A stretch of 64,000 nucleotides of DNA from an uncultured Clostridia bacterium (GCA_944358385.1 CALVQW010000008.1:17228-81227); one strand, 5' to 3'. Shown: positions 26,304-34,482, counted from the stretch's first letter. The notes: a model not told the origin generated them from the sequence alone. Program-made: numbers and translations.

Positions 26304-26709
26304 GTCCTCTGACAGGGGAGTGAAAGTCCCCCTCCTCCCCTACGGGACTCCTCCCCCACTCGGAATAGAGTTCACTCCTCCCAAAATGCGGTACTGACTT
26401 TTTCATAAAGGCGCAAACCGCGTCTTTATGAAAACACCTCTTGAAAAAAGTTTGAGCCTCGCACTCACATAACCAAGCGGCGAACAGTACTCACTAAACG
26501 TCGCTCGTGGGGCGAGGAGGGCAACTCGACGCGCACGAGCGACGTTTCTACTTAATTTCTCATCTAGCTTGCGAGATCGCAGATTCGCGCCGCGACTTTC
26601 AAGCGCGAGCGCAAGACGCCCGCGGTGAAAGTTTGGCTTTGCGGCGCGTAGTTCCGTCTCCGAAAAAGAGACGTCATACTCAAATACGCCCGCTCAACCG
26701 CAAGTTCGC
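26304..26709 (-). repeat. unclassified multi-helix element, copy 2 (inverted relative to copy 1)
   Basis: rc(26459-26661) aligns ungapped to 7110-7312, and rc(26304-26391) aligns to 7348-7435. A different hairpin (26402-26432) replaces the copy-1 hairpin (7313-7331). Confidence 0.75.
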
Positions 26710-26819
26710 TGAACGCCGCCATTTGGATGAGCTGCGCGAAAAAGCCCCTTTCACAAAAGGGAGCGTACCAAATCGTACGTGACCGCATTGCGGAAGGGGC
26801 TTTGACAAAGCAGATCGCT
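26704..26819 (-). repeat. hairpin module H2 (lacks the outer 3' arm), terminator-like on the minus strand
   Basis: Its 5' arm TTCGCTGAACGCCGCCATTT is identical to the H3 arm. Helix AAAGCCCCTT (26741-26750) pairs with AAGGGGCTTT (26794-26803), and a minus-strand T-run follows. The apex is GCGTAC(26763-26768)..CGTACGT(26774-26780). Confidence 0.65.
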
Positions 26820-26835
26820 GGACTAACGCTAATTC

Positions 26836-26961
26836 GCTGAACGCCGCCATTTTGCGTCAGACAAGGAAGATGCCCTGCCGCGGGTGCGTGGCGTACTTTC
26901 CGTACGTGAGCAATCGCGGCAGGGCGTCTGACGCAGTATCACACAAAATGGTGGCGTTCAG
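26836..26961 (-). repeat. long-hairpin module H3 (126 nt) overlapping the stop codon of the AGPS-like gene
   Basis: Arms GCTGAACGCCGCCATTTTG and CAAAATGGTGGCGTTCAG with one G-T pair. Inner helices are CGTCAGAC/GTCTGACG and GCCCTGCCGCG/CGCGGCAGGGC. The apex is GCGTAC(26891-26896)..CGTACGT(26901-26907). Confidence 0.8.
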
Positions 26962-28757
26962 TCGAGTTCGGTGTGAACCACACCGGCCTTCTGCTGTTTC
27001 TCCTTCTCCTGTTCTCCGCCTTTCTCGTTCGCACCGAAGATACCGTTTTCGGTGAGGGTGCCGTCGAGGGCGAGGGTGCCGCCGGGGTTCATGAGACCTT
27101 CGGGATCGAAGTAGTGTTTGAGGGCTTTGTAGACGTTGTATTGCGAAGTGCCGATGGACTCTTCGAGGAAGGGGGCGAAGAGTTTGCCCACGCCGTGATG
27201 GTGGGAGAGCGCGGCACCCGACTTGGTGATGGCGTCGAGGATGCTGTAATGATACTTCTTGAAGGCTTCGAGATCGGTGGTCTTGATGACGAAGATGAAG
27301 TAGAGGTTGGCACCCTGCGGATAGCTGTGAGAAATGTGGGTGGTGCACATGGCGTCCGGCCATGCTTTGACCGCCTTTCTGACATCGAGATGCACCTGCG
27401 CCATATTGTCCCAGTTGACGGCGCACTCCAAGGTGTCGATGATGATGCCGTAGTCCTGGATGGTGTCCCTGAGATAAGGATCGGAGAATCTGCCGTGTTC
27501 CCACGCGGTGGTGACGTAGCCGGTGAGGGATATCGCGTTGTACTTGTGGGCGATCTTTCTCACGTTCTTTACGATGTTGCGCTGCAAGCCGTCCTCGCCG
27601 TCCGCGAAGCCGAGGAGGAGGCAACGCTTGTTGGGCTTGAAGCCCTTTGCCGCGAGCAGGGTGTTCAAGGGAGACTCCGCGATGCCGTACATATGCATCA
27701 TCATATCCGTCTCCTCCGCGTCCGAAAGGCGGAACACGGAAGGATAGCCGAACTCGCCCTGCATGACCTCGCGCATCGCCGCCATGCCATCCTCCCAAGT
27801 GGGGAACATATAGGAGAATTTGCGGTGTTTAGCGGACTTTTTGAACACTTTAAGTGTCACTTGCGTCAAAATGCCGAACGTCCCCTCGCTGCCCATCATG
27901 ATCTGGTCGATGTTGGGACCGGTGGCTTTGCGGGGCGCGGAATCCGTGCGGATCCTGCCCACGGGGGTGACATATTCCTGGCAGAGGACGAGGTCCGCCG
28001 CGCAGCCGTAGTAGGTGGAGTTCTGCCCGCTGCCGCGAGTCACCACCCAGCCGCCGACGCAGCTGTACTCGAAAGACTGCGGGAAATGTCCGCAGGTGAG
28101 GCGGTGTTTCGCGCCGAAGTTTTCGGGCGCGTGGTTGAGGATGTCCTCAAGGTCGGGACCGCTGATGCCGGGCTGGACGGTGATGGTCTGATTGACCTCG
28201 TTGAACGCCAGCACCTTGTTGAAATTCTTTCTGAGGTCGAGGAGCATGTTGGGAGAACACATACACTCCGTGCCTCTCGTCACGCTGGATCCGCCCGCAT
28301 AGACGTAGATGTAGATCTTGTGCTTTTTCGCAAACGCGACCAGCTTCTCGATGTCCTCGGTGGTGGAGGGATAAATGACGACGTCGGGGAGGTTCTCGAT
28401 GATGCCCTTTCTCAGGCGCATGATGTCCACCATGGTCTTGCCGTAGCAGACCTTGGCGCGAGTCAGCTCGTCCACTTCGACGTTGTCCGCGCCCAACATG
28501 TTGTTAAGCTCCTCGATCTGCTCCGCGGTGAGGCGGCTGGGGGCGTGGATGTCCACCACCTCGTTGCCGACGTCCACCATCTCTTTGAAGTCGTCGTCGG
28601 TGAGGTGGAATTTCTCCTTCACCAGCTTGTAAAGCCCCTCTTTGGGACGCTTGTAGGCGGCGGGATCTCCCCACTTCATTATGGAGCGGTAGCTGTCTTT
28701 GACGGGGGGATCGGTGATCCACTTGGGTTCGAACTCTTTGTAAGGTTTGTTGGACAT
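26958..28757 (-). CDS. FAD-linked oxidase, alkyl-dihydroxyacetonephosphate synthase (AGPS)-like
   Basis: ORF 26958..28841 trimmed to MSNKPYKEF behind the SD AAGGAGAAG. N-terminal extension with MKWGDP, FAD motif YAGGSSVTRG, and SHHHGVGK (the HHH loop typical of AGPS rather than GlcD-type SGEHGIG). Confidence 0.7.
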   Translation of the reverse strand: MSNKPYKEFEPKWITDPPVKDSYRSIMKWGDPAAYKRPKEGLYKLVKEKFHLTDDDFKEMVDVGNEVVDIHAPSRLTAEQIEELNNMLGADNVEVDELTRAKVCYGKTMVDIMRLRKGIIENLPDVVIYPSTTEDIEKLVAFAKKHKIYIYVYAGGSSVTRGTECMCSPNMLLDLRKNFNKVLAFNEVNQTITVQPGISGPDLEDILNHAPENFGAKHRLTCGHFPQSFEYSCVGGWVVTRGSGQNSTYYGCAADLVLCQEYVTPVGRIRTDSAPRKATGPNIDQIMMGSEGTFGILTQVTLKVFKKSAKHRKFSYMFPTWEDGMAAMREVMQGEFGYPSVFRLSDAEETDMMMHMYGIAESPLNTLLAAKGFKPNKRCLLLGFADGEDGLQRNIVKNVRKIAHKYNAISLTGYVTTAWEHGRFSDPYLRDTIQDYGIIIDTLECAVNWDNMAQVHLDVRKAVKAWPDAMCTTHISHSYPQGANLYFIFVIKTTDLEAFKKYHYSILDAITKSGAALSHHHGVGKLFAPFLEESIGTSQYNVYKALKHYFDPEGLMNPGGTLALDGTLTENGIFGANEKGGEQEKEKQQKAGVVHTELD

Positions 28758-28776
28758 GATCTTCTCCTTTTTGCGC

Positions 28777-29112
28777 TCAATATATGGTCGCCGTGGCGAT
28801 GAGATCGACATCCGTCCCCACGACGGACTTTGCGACCACATCTCCGCGGTGCAGTTTCTCGGTGACTCTGATGCCGTTGATGAAACGCATCAGTTCGGCT
28901 ATCTTGCTCTTGGGGATCTCGCCGTCCGTGCGGACGGGAAGCACGGGCATGCTCTCGAACGCGGTCGCCACGGTGGAACACACCGTACGCATGGGACAGG
29001 TCGCCTCCGCCTTGGCGAAAGCCTCCCCTTTCTTGCAGGTGTTGCCGGTGACGACTCCGTTCTCCACGGTCATGCGGCAGCCCTTTGGACACACTATGCA
29101 GACAAGTTCCAT
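28777..29112 (-). CDS. DUF1667 domain protein
   Basis: C-terminal 111 aa of ORF 28777..29433: MELVCIVCPKGCRMTVENGVVTGNTCKKGEAF. TGATG overlap with the upstream gene. Confidence 0.8.
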   Translation of the reverse strand: MELVCIVCPKGCRMTVENGVVTGNTCKKGEAFAKAEATCPMRTVCSTVATAFESMPVLPVRTDGEIPKSKIAELMRFINGIRVTEKLHRGDVVAKSVVGTDVDLIATATIY

Positions 29113-30359
29113 CAGTTCTCCTCCAATTCCACGCTGAGTTTGCTCCCCGCATTCAGCCCGAACGCGGAGAAATCCATCTCCACCCTCTGCATTTCGGGGG
29201 GACGCAGGAAGGCAAATTTCTTCTTGTACACCTCTTTGCCGTCCGCGAGGATGCGGAGAGTGGCGCGGTCCATGTCCTTCGCCGAACGGAAGAAGAACAC
29301 CACCCTGTCCTGCGGCTTGCCGAGATCTATGCGGTGAGGCACATATGAGAGTATCCCCTTGCCGCGCTCCAACCTCACGCACTTGCCGGAGGGAGCGGGA
29401 TGCGCCGCGTTCCTGCCCGCGTCGGCTGCGCACTCCGACACGTAGTCCACAAGGTCGAACACGTTGAGTGCGTTGCCCGCAGAGAACACTCCGTCCACAG
29501 ATGTCATATAAGTTTGGTCACAGTCCGGACCTTTGGTGAAAGCGTTTATCTTCACGCCCATGCTTTCTGCAAGCTCGTTTTCGGGGATGAGACCGACGGA
29601 AAGTATGAGCGCGTCGCACTCCACGATGCGTTCCGTGCCTTTAACGGGTTTCATCCTGTCGTCCACCTCGGCGACTTCCACGGCGGTGAGCCTGTCCACG
29701 CCGAATACGCGCGTGACGGTGTGGGAGAGGTGGAGCGGGATGCCGAAATCGTGCAGGCACTGGTGTATGTTGCGGGTGAGTCCGCTGGGTTCGGGCTTCA
29801 CCTCATAGACGCCCTCCACCTCCGCGCCTTCGAGGGTGAGGCGGCGCGCCATGATGAGACCGATGTCGCCGCTGCCGAGGATGACGCACTTTTTGGCGGG
29901 CATCTTGCCCATCAGGTTGACGAAGTTCTGCGCCGTACCCGCCGTGAACACGCCCGCGGGACGGGTGCCTTGGATGAGCACCTGTTTCGCCGTCCTCTCA
30001 CGGCAGCCCGTGGCGAGGACGATGGACTTTGCCTTGAAATCCAGCATCCCCTCCCTGCTCACGCAGGTGACGGCGAATCCCTCCCCTTCCTTCACCAGCC
30101 GGGTGACGAAAGTGAGGGCGTAGCAGTCCACGGGAAGGGCTTTCACGAAGTCGATGTATCTCTCGGCGTACTCCGGTCCCGCCAGCTTCTCGCCGAAACG
30201 TATGAGACCGAAGCCGTCGTGGACGCACTGTTTGAGGATGCCGCCCAGCCTCGCCTCGCGCTCAATGACCGCCGTCTTTGCGCCTGCCTTGCACGCGCTC
30301 TCGGCAGCCGCCAGCCCCGCCGGACCGCCGCCTATGACTATGACGTCGTACTCTTTCAT
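29112..30359 (-). CDS. NAD(P)/FAD-dependent (pyridine nucleotide-disulfide type) oxidoreductase
   Basis: YDVIVIGGGPAGLAAA and a second dinucleotide motif, VILGSGDIGL. Confidence 0.85.
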   Translation of the reverse strand: MKEYDVIVIGGGPAGLAAAESACKAGAKTAVIEREARLGGILKQCVHDGFGLIRFGEKLAGPEYAERYIDFVKALPVDCYALTFVTRLVKEGEGFAVTCVSREGMLDFKAKSIVLATGCRERTAKQVLIQGTRPAGVFTAGTAQNFVNLMGKMPAKKCVILGSGDIGLIMARRLTLEGAEVEGVYEVKPEPSGLTRNIHQCLHDFGIPLHLSHTVTRVFGVDRLTAVEVAEVDDRMKPVKGTERIVECDALILSVGLIPENELAESMGVKINAFTKGPDCDQTYMTSVDGVFSAGNALNVFDLVDYVSECAADAGRNAAHPAPSGKCVRLERGKGILSYVPHRIDLGKPQDRVVFFFRSAKDMDRATLRILADGKEVYKKKFAFLRPPEMQRVEMDFSAFGLNAGSKLSVELEEN

Positions 30360-32092
30360 TCACTCACCTCCGCCGCTTTCTTGCTGTCTCCGTATAGAAT
30401 GACGCTGCCCTCGTCCCCTTTCAGGACGTCCTCGGGCTTTATCCCCTCGTGTTCGGCGATGATCTTCACCACCAAGGGGGAGCAGAACCCGCCCTGACAT
30501 CTCCCCATGCCGGGACGCACGCGGCGTTTGATGCCGTCCACCGTGCACACCTTGAGGGGGGAATCGAGAGCGTCGATGATCTCTCCTTTGCTCACTTCCT
30601 CACATCTGCATACGATCTCGCCGTAGGCGGGATTGCGCCTGATGTACTCCGCGCGCTCCTCATCCGACAGCCCCGCGAGCTTGGGGGTGTGTCTGCGCAC
30701 GGGATCGAAGCCCGTTCTCTCCTTCGCGCCGAGCATCTCCTTCACCCAATCTCGCACGTCGCAGGCGATGGCGGGAGCGGCGGTGATGCCTGGGGACTGT
30801 ATGCCCGCGGTCTCTATGACATTCTCCGTGAAAATGCCCTTGCGCACCACGAAATCCTCCTCATAGGTCGCCGCGCGCACCCCCGCGAAATAGGTGATGA
30901 TGTCTGCTGCGGAAAGTTCGTCCGCCGCCACCTTCTGCTTGCGTATGATGGCGTTGACGTCGTCGAGCGAAGTGGACGTATCCTCGCGGTAAGGCTGTTC
31001 CACGGCGTTGGGGCCTACAAGTATGTTGCCGTCCACGGTGCGCATCACACCGCCGCCCTTGGTGTGTCCCACCGCCGCGTGCGTCTGCTCCTGCGCCTCC
31101 TTGGGCAGGGGCGCGAAATAGCTGCGCGCGAATGAGGACAGCGCGTAATAAGCCTTCTTCTTGTCAAGGATGAGATCGGTGCCCTTGCGGGGATGTATGG
31201 TGAAAGTCCTGTCTCCCGCCATCTCCGCGATGACGTCGCTGTACGCGCCCGCCGCGTTGACCACGATGCGGGGACGCACCCTGCCGCGGTTGGTGGAGAC
31301 GGAAACTATCCTGCCGTCCTTGACTTCCATGCCCTCCACCATGGTGTTGAGGGAGATCTTCGCACCGTTCTCGACGGCGTTCTCGGCAAGAGCCACGGTC
31401 ACCTTGTAGGGGGACACCACACCCGCGGACGCCATATACACCGCACCCGTCAGCCACTTGGGGGGATGCGGCTCTATCTTCTTCATCTCGGCGGGAGACT
31501 TGAAGCTCATGTCCGGCACGCCGAGGATCTTGCCCTTCAACAGCATGAGAGGAGCGATGATGTATCTCTCCCACTTGGTGCTGAACATGAAGGTCTGCGC
31601 CCACCTCTCGAAGTCGCAGCCAAGCTCCTTGCACAGCCCCTCGTACATCGCGTTGCCGCGCAGGACGTAATGCAGCTTGAGCTGACCGAGATGCAGGTCT
31701 ATGCCGGGATGTATGCACCCGTCATTGCGGGAGGACGCGCCCGTGGCGACGTCGTTCGCCTTCTCGACGAGCAGCACCTCGATGTCCAGACGCGAGAGTT
31801 CGCGCGCGAGAGCGCACCCCATGATTCCGCCGCCCACGATGAGGACGTCGGGAGTGCTGCCTTCGAGGGCGTCGTCACGAAGGGAAGGCTTCTTGGGCTG
31901 TTCGCCGAAACCTTTGAGCTTTATGTCGTTGAGCACGCCCAGCGACTTCTTGCTCACCGCCGCCACGCCGCAGCGGTAGATGAGATCCCAGCTTTCCAGC
32001 TCACCCGAAAGACGCACGCATCCGCGGTATTCCTCCACCTTGACGGAAGGCGCGATCTTATGAACTCTTTTTGCGATAGCTTTCAAATTCAT
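30356..32092 (-). CDS. FAD-dependent glycerol-3-phosphate dehydrogenase/oxidase-like protein with a BFD-like [2Fe-2S] domain and an N-terminal extension
   Basis: DVLIVGGGIMGCALAREL begins only about 90 aa into the ORF. The C-terminal part has CRCEEVSKGEI....GMGRCQGGFC. Confidence 0.8.
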   Translation of the reverse strand: MNLKAIAKRVHKIAPSVKVEEYRGCVRLSGELESWDLIYRCGVAAVSKKSLGVLNDIKLKGFGEQPKKPSLRDDALEGSTPDVLIVGGGIMGCALARELSRLDIEVLLVEKANDVATGASSRNDGCIHPGIDLHLGQLKLHYVLRGNAMYEGLCKELGCDFERWAQTFMFSTKWERYIIAPLMLLKGKILGVPDMSFKSPAEMKKIEPHPPKWLTGAVYMASAGVVSPYKVTVALAENAVENGAKISLNTMVEGMEVKDGRIVSVSTNRGRVRPRIVVNAAGAYSDVIAEMAGDRTFTIHPRKGTDLILDKKKAYYALSSFARSYFAPLPKEAQEQTHAAVGHTKGGGVMRTVDGNILVGPNAVEQPYREDTSTSLDDVNAIIRKQKVAADELSAADIITYFAGVRAATYEEDFVVRKGIFTENVIETAGIQSPGITAAPAIACDVRDWVKEMLGAKERTGFDPVRRHTPKLAGLSDEERAEYIRRNPAYGEIVCRCEEVSKGEIIDALDSPLKVCTVDGIKRRVRPGMGRCQGGFCSPLVVKIIAEHEGIKPEDVLKGDEGSVILYGDSKKAAEVSE

Positions 32093-33599
32093 CGCTCAAC
32101 CTCACATGATCCGTTTTCCCCACCTGAGTACGCGGCAGCGCGTCCAGCGGGATCACATATCTCGGCTCGTGCCACTTGGAAAGTTGGTCCACGATGTGCC
32201 GTTTTAATTGCTTTATCTGCTCATCGGAAGGTTTACCCGTCACAAACAGCGCGATGAAAGGCTTGTTCTGCTCTCTCACCTCGATCGCCGCGCACTGTCC
32301 CACGAAGGGCAGCTCCACCGCCGCACGCTCTATCTCGGCGGGAAACACGTTCACTCCCGATATCTTTATCAGCCTCTTTTTCCTGCCCATGAAGTAGAGC
32401 GAGCCATCCTCGGTGGCGCGGAACATATCCCCCGTCCTCAGCCACTTTTCGCCGCCGACGTCAAGATAGGTCGCCGCCGTCGCTTCCTCGTCGTCGAGAT
32501 AGCCGAGCATGAGCTGGTTGCCCGCGAGCAGCAGCTCGCCCGTCTCTCCCGCGGGGACCTCTCTCCCCTCCTCGTCCACTATGAGCGCGCGCATATTTAC
32601 GAGGGGTTTGCCCAGCACCGCGCCGCCCGCCTTTTCGGGAGAAAGCACGCACACGCTGCCCGTCTCCGTCAACCCATAGCCCGGGCAAAGCACGCAGTCG
32701 CTGCCCGCCTCCCGCATACGCTTGTCGAAACGCTTTTCAAGCTCCGCATCCACGGTGTCGCCGCCCACGTACACCCTGTGCAGGGAACGCACGTTCTCCC
32801 CGCGAAACTCCGGCTCGGCGAGCAGTTTGTTCACCATGCCCGGCACAGCGATCATGAGGGTGACTAAGTTGCGCGCAATGGCGCGCACCGCCTTGTCCGG
32901 CTTGAACACGGGCATGAGCACGGGTGCGGCGGCGATGCAGATGACGGTGTGCAGCCCCACGAACAGCCCGAAACCGTGAAACATCGGGAGAGCGGTCAGC
33001 ATCCTGTCCTTCTCGCCGTAATGCTCTTCTTCCAAAGTGGCGAGCAGGTTGCCCGTGAGCGCGTTGACCGCCGATGCGGAAAGCACCACCGTCTTGGCGT
33101 CGCCGGAAGTCCCGCCCGAACGCATATACACCGCAGGCTCGCTCCCGTCCCCTTCATATGGCGTGAACGCGGCGGGACGCGGGAGACCGAGATAGCCGTA
33201 AGCGAGGAAGGGGCAGACCACCCTCTTCACTCCTTTCAGCCCTCTGCCCAGACGCTTGAAATTGATGTCGGAAAGAAAAACCACTTTGGGATGCTGCTCG
33301 GCGCAAGCCCTCTCGAACTCCCCTCTCGCCATGAGCGGATGGATCATGGACGCCACCGCACCGAGGCGGGAGACCGCATAAAACGCGACGATGCCCTGCT
33401 CAATGGTGGGCAGCGCGAGCATCACGACGTCCCCCTTTCTCACTCCGAGCGCGGCGAGACCTCCCGCCACTCTCTCCACTTCCCCGCAAAGCCTTCGGAA
33501 AGTCATGTGTCTGCCCCCTCTGATCAACGCCGTCCACTCCTCATTTTTGGGACGATAGGCGCGCATATAATCGTATAGGGACATTCTCTCCGTTATCAT
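32058..33599 (-). CDS. AMP-dependent synthetase/ligase (acyl-CoA synthetase-like)
   Basis: ORF 32058..33866 trimmed to MITERMSLYDY; an alternative ATG lies at 33584. AMP-binding motifs YMRSGGTSGDAKTV, GYGLTETG and the C-terminal GK. Confidence 0.8.
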   Translation of the reverse strand: MITERMSLYDYMRAYRPKNEEWTALIRGGRHMTFRRLCGEVERVAGGLAALGVRKGDVVMLALPTIEQGIVAFYAVSRLGAVASMIHPLMARGEFERACAEQHPKVVFLSDINFKRLGRGLKGVKRVVCPFLAYGYLGLPRPAAFTPYEGDGSEPAVYMRSGGTSGDAKTVVLSASAVNALTGNLLATLEEEHYGEKDRMLTALPMFHGFGLFVGLHTVICIAAAPVLMPVFKPDKAVRAIARNLVTLMIAVPGMVNKLLAEPEFRGENVRSLHRVYVGGDTVDAELEKRFDKRMREAGSDCVLCPGYGLTETGSVCVLSPEKAGGAVLGKPLVNMRALIVDEEGREVPAGETGELLLAGNQLMLGYLDDEEATAATYLDVGGEKWLRTGDMFRATEDGSLYFMGRKKRLIKISGVNVFPAEIERAAVELPFVGQCAAIEVREQNKPFIALFVTGKPSDEQIKQLKRHIVDQLSKWHEPRYVIPLDALPRTQVGKTDHVRLSDEFESYRKKSS

Positions 33600-33605
33600 G
33601 TTTCG

Positions 33606-33635
33606 ATTATAATGCGTACACGCGCGCACAGTCAA
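33606..33635 (-). promoter_or_regulatory. strong sigma-A type promoter (TTGACT-18-TATAAT) abutting the acyl-CoA ligase start
   Basis: Minus strand: TTGACT (33635..33630), an 18-nt spacer, TATAAT (33611..33606), then cgaaac and the ATG at 33599. Confidence 0.55.
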
Positions 33636-33819
33636 TATGCAAATCCCCGTTCGGGCAGGATAAAAATACAAAAAAAACAATTTGTCCGCACTTGCGGGAG
33701 AGGGGGGCGTCCCTCTCCTTCCGCGATCCTCTTCGCTGCATCTCCCGAAAAATTTTCCGACAAGGCAGGTATATATCCCGCGCACGGTGTCGATAATCCC
33801 GTCAAACGGAGGTAACACC

Positions 33820-34482
33820 ATGAGCAAAATATCGGTTGCCGCAAAGAAAGTCGGCGATTTCATCAAGAAAAATGCGTTCTATCTTCTCATCCTGCTCTGC
33901 ATCGCGTCCGTAGCGACCATCATCGCGCTTGCAGCCAGCGGCGATTTCGGAGGAGAAACCGATCCGGGTGCGGAAGTCGTGCTGCCCGATCCCGACGACG
34001 GCGGCAACGATGAAAAACCCGACGAACCCGACAAGCCCGATCAGCCCGATCAGCCCGAAAAGCCCGTCCTCTCCTTCGTCTCGCCCGTGAGCGGCACGGT
34101 GTCCCAGAGTTACAGCGATTCCGCTCTGGTCTGGAACTCCACCCTCGGACAGTACGAAGTGCATCTCGGCGTCGATTTCACGGGTGAGGATCTTTCCGTC
34201 CTCGCCTCGGAAGCGGGCACCGTGAGCGACATCATCAACGACCCTCTGGACGGGGTGTGCGTAGTCATCGACCACGCCGACGGCTATCAGACGCGCTACT
34301 GCTCTCTGGACGAGAACGTGCAGGTGGCAAAGGGCGACACCGTGGAAAAGGGACAGATCATCGGCAACATGGCAGCCACACGCGGCTCGGAGAGCCTTGC
34401 CGGCAACCATCTCCACTTCGAGATGTTGAAGGACGGCGAACTCATCGATCCCCTCGACGTGCTCGTCCTTGAAGAAAAATAA
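33820..34482 (+). CDS. M23/LytM family metallopeptidase, membrane-anchored
   Basis: ORF 33682..34482 trimmed to MSKISVAAKK behind the SD ACGGAGG. TM helix, acidic P/D/E linker, HLGVDF and GNHLHFEM motifs. Confidence 0.85.
   Translation: MSKISVAAKKVGDFIKKNAFYLLILLCIASVATIIALAASGDFGGETDPGAEVVLPDPDDGGNDEKPDEPDKPDQPDQPEKPVLSFVSPVSGTVSQSYSDSALVWNSTLGQYEVHLGVDFTGEDLSVLASEAGTVSDIINDPLDGVCVVIDHADGYQTRYCSLDENVQVAKGDTVEKGQIIGNMAATRGSESLAGNHLHFEMLKDGELIDPLDVLVLEEK

Noticed and set aside
26318-26332. GGGGAGTGAAAGTCCCCC, reminiscent of the RNase P RNA GAGGAAAGUCC box
   Set aside because: The equivalent position in copy 1 reads GGGGAGTTATTGTCCCCC, so the GAAAGTCC word is a variable hairpin loop. No other RNase P conserved regions are present, and two copies of RNase P RNA would be unexpected.
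26973-28802. 609-aa plus-strand ORF opposite the AGPS-like oxidase
   Set aside because: Shadow ORF with low-complexity composition. The minus strand has clear FAD-oxidase motifs and an SD.
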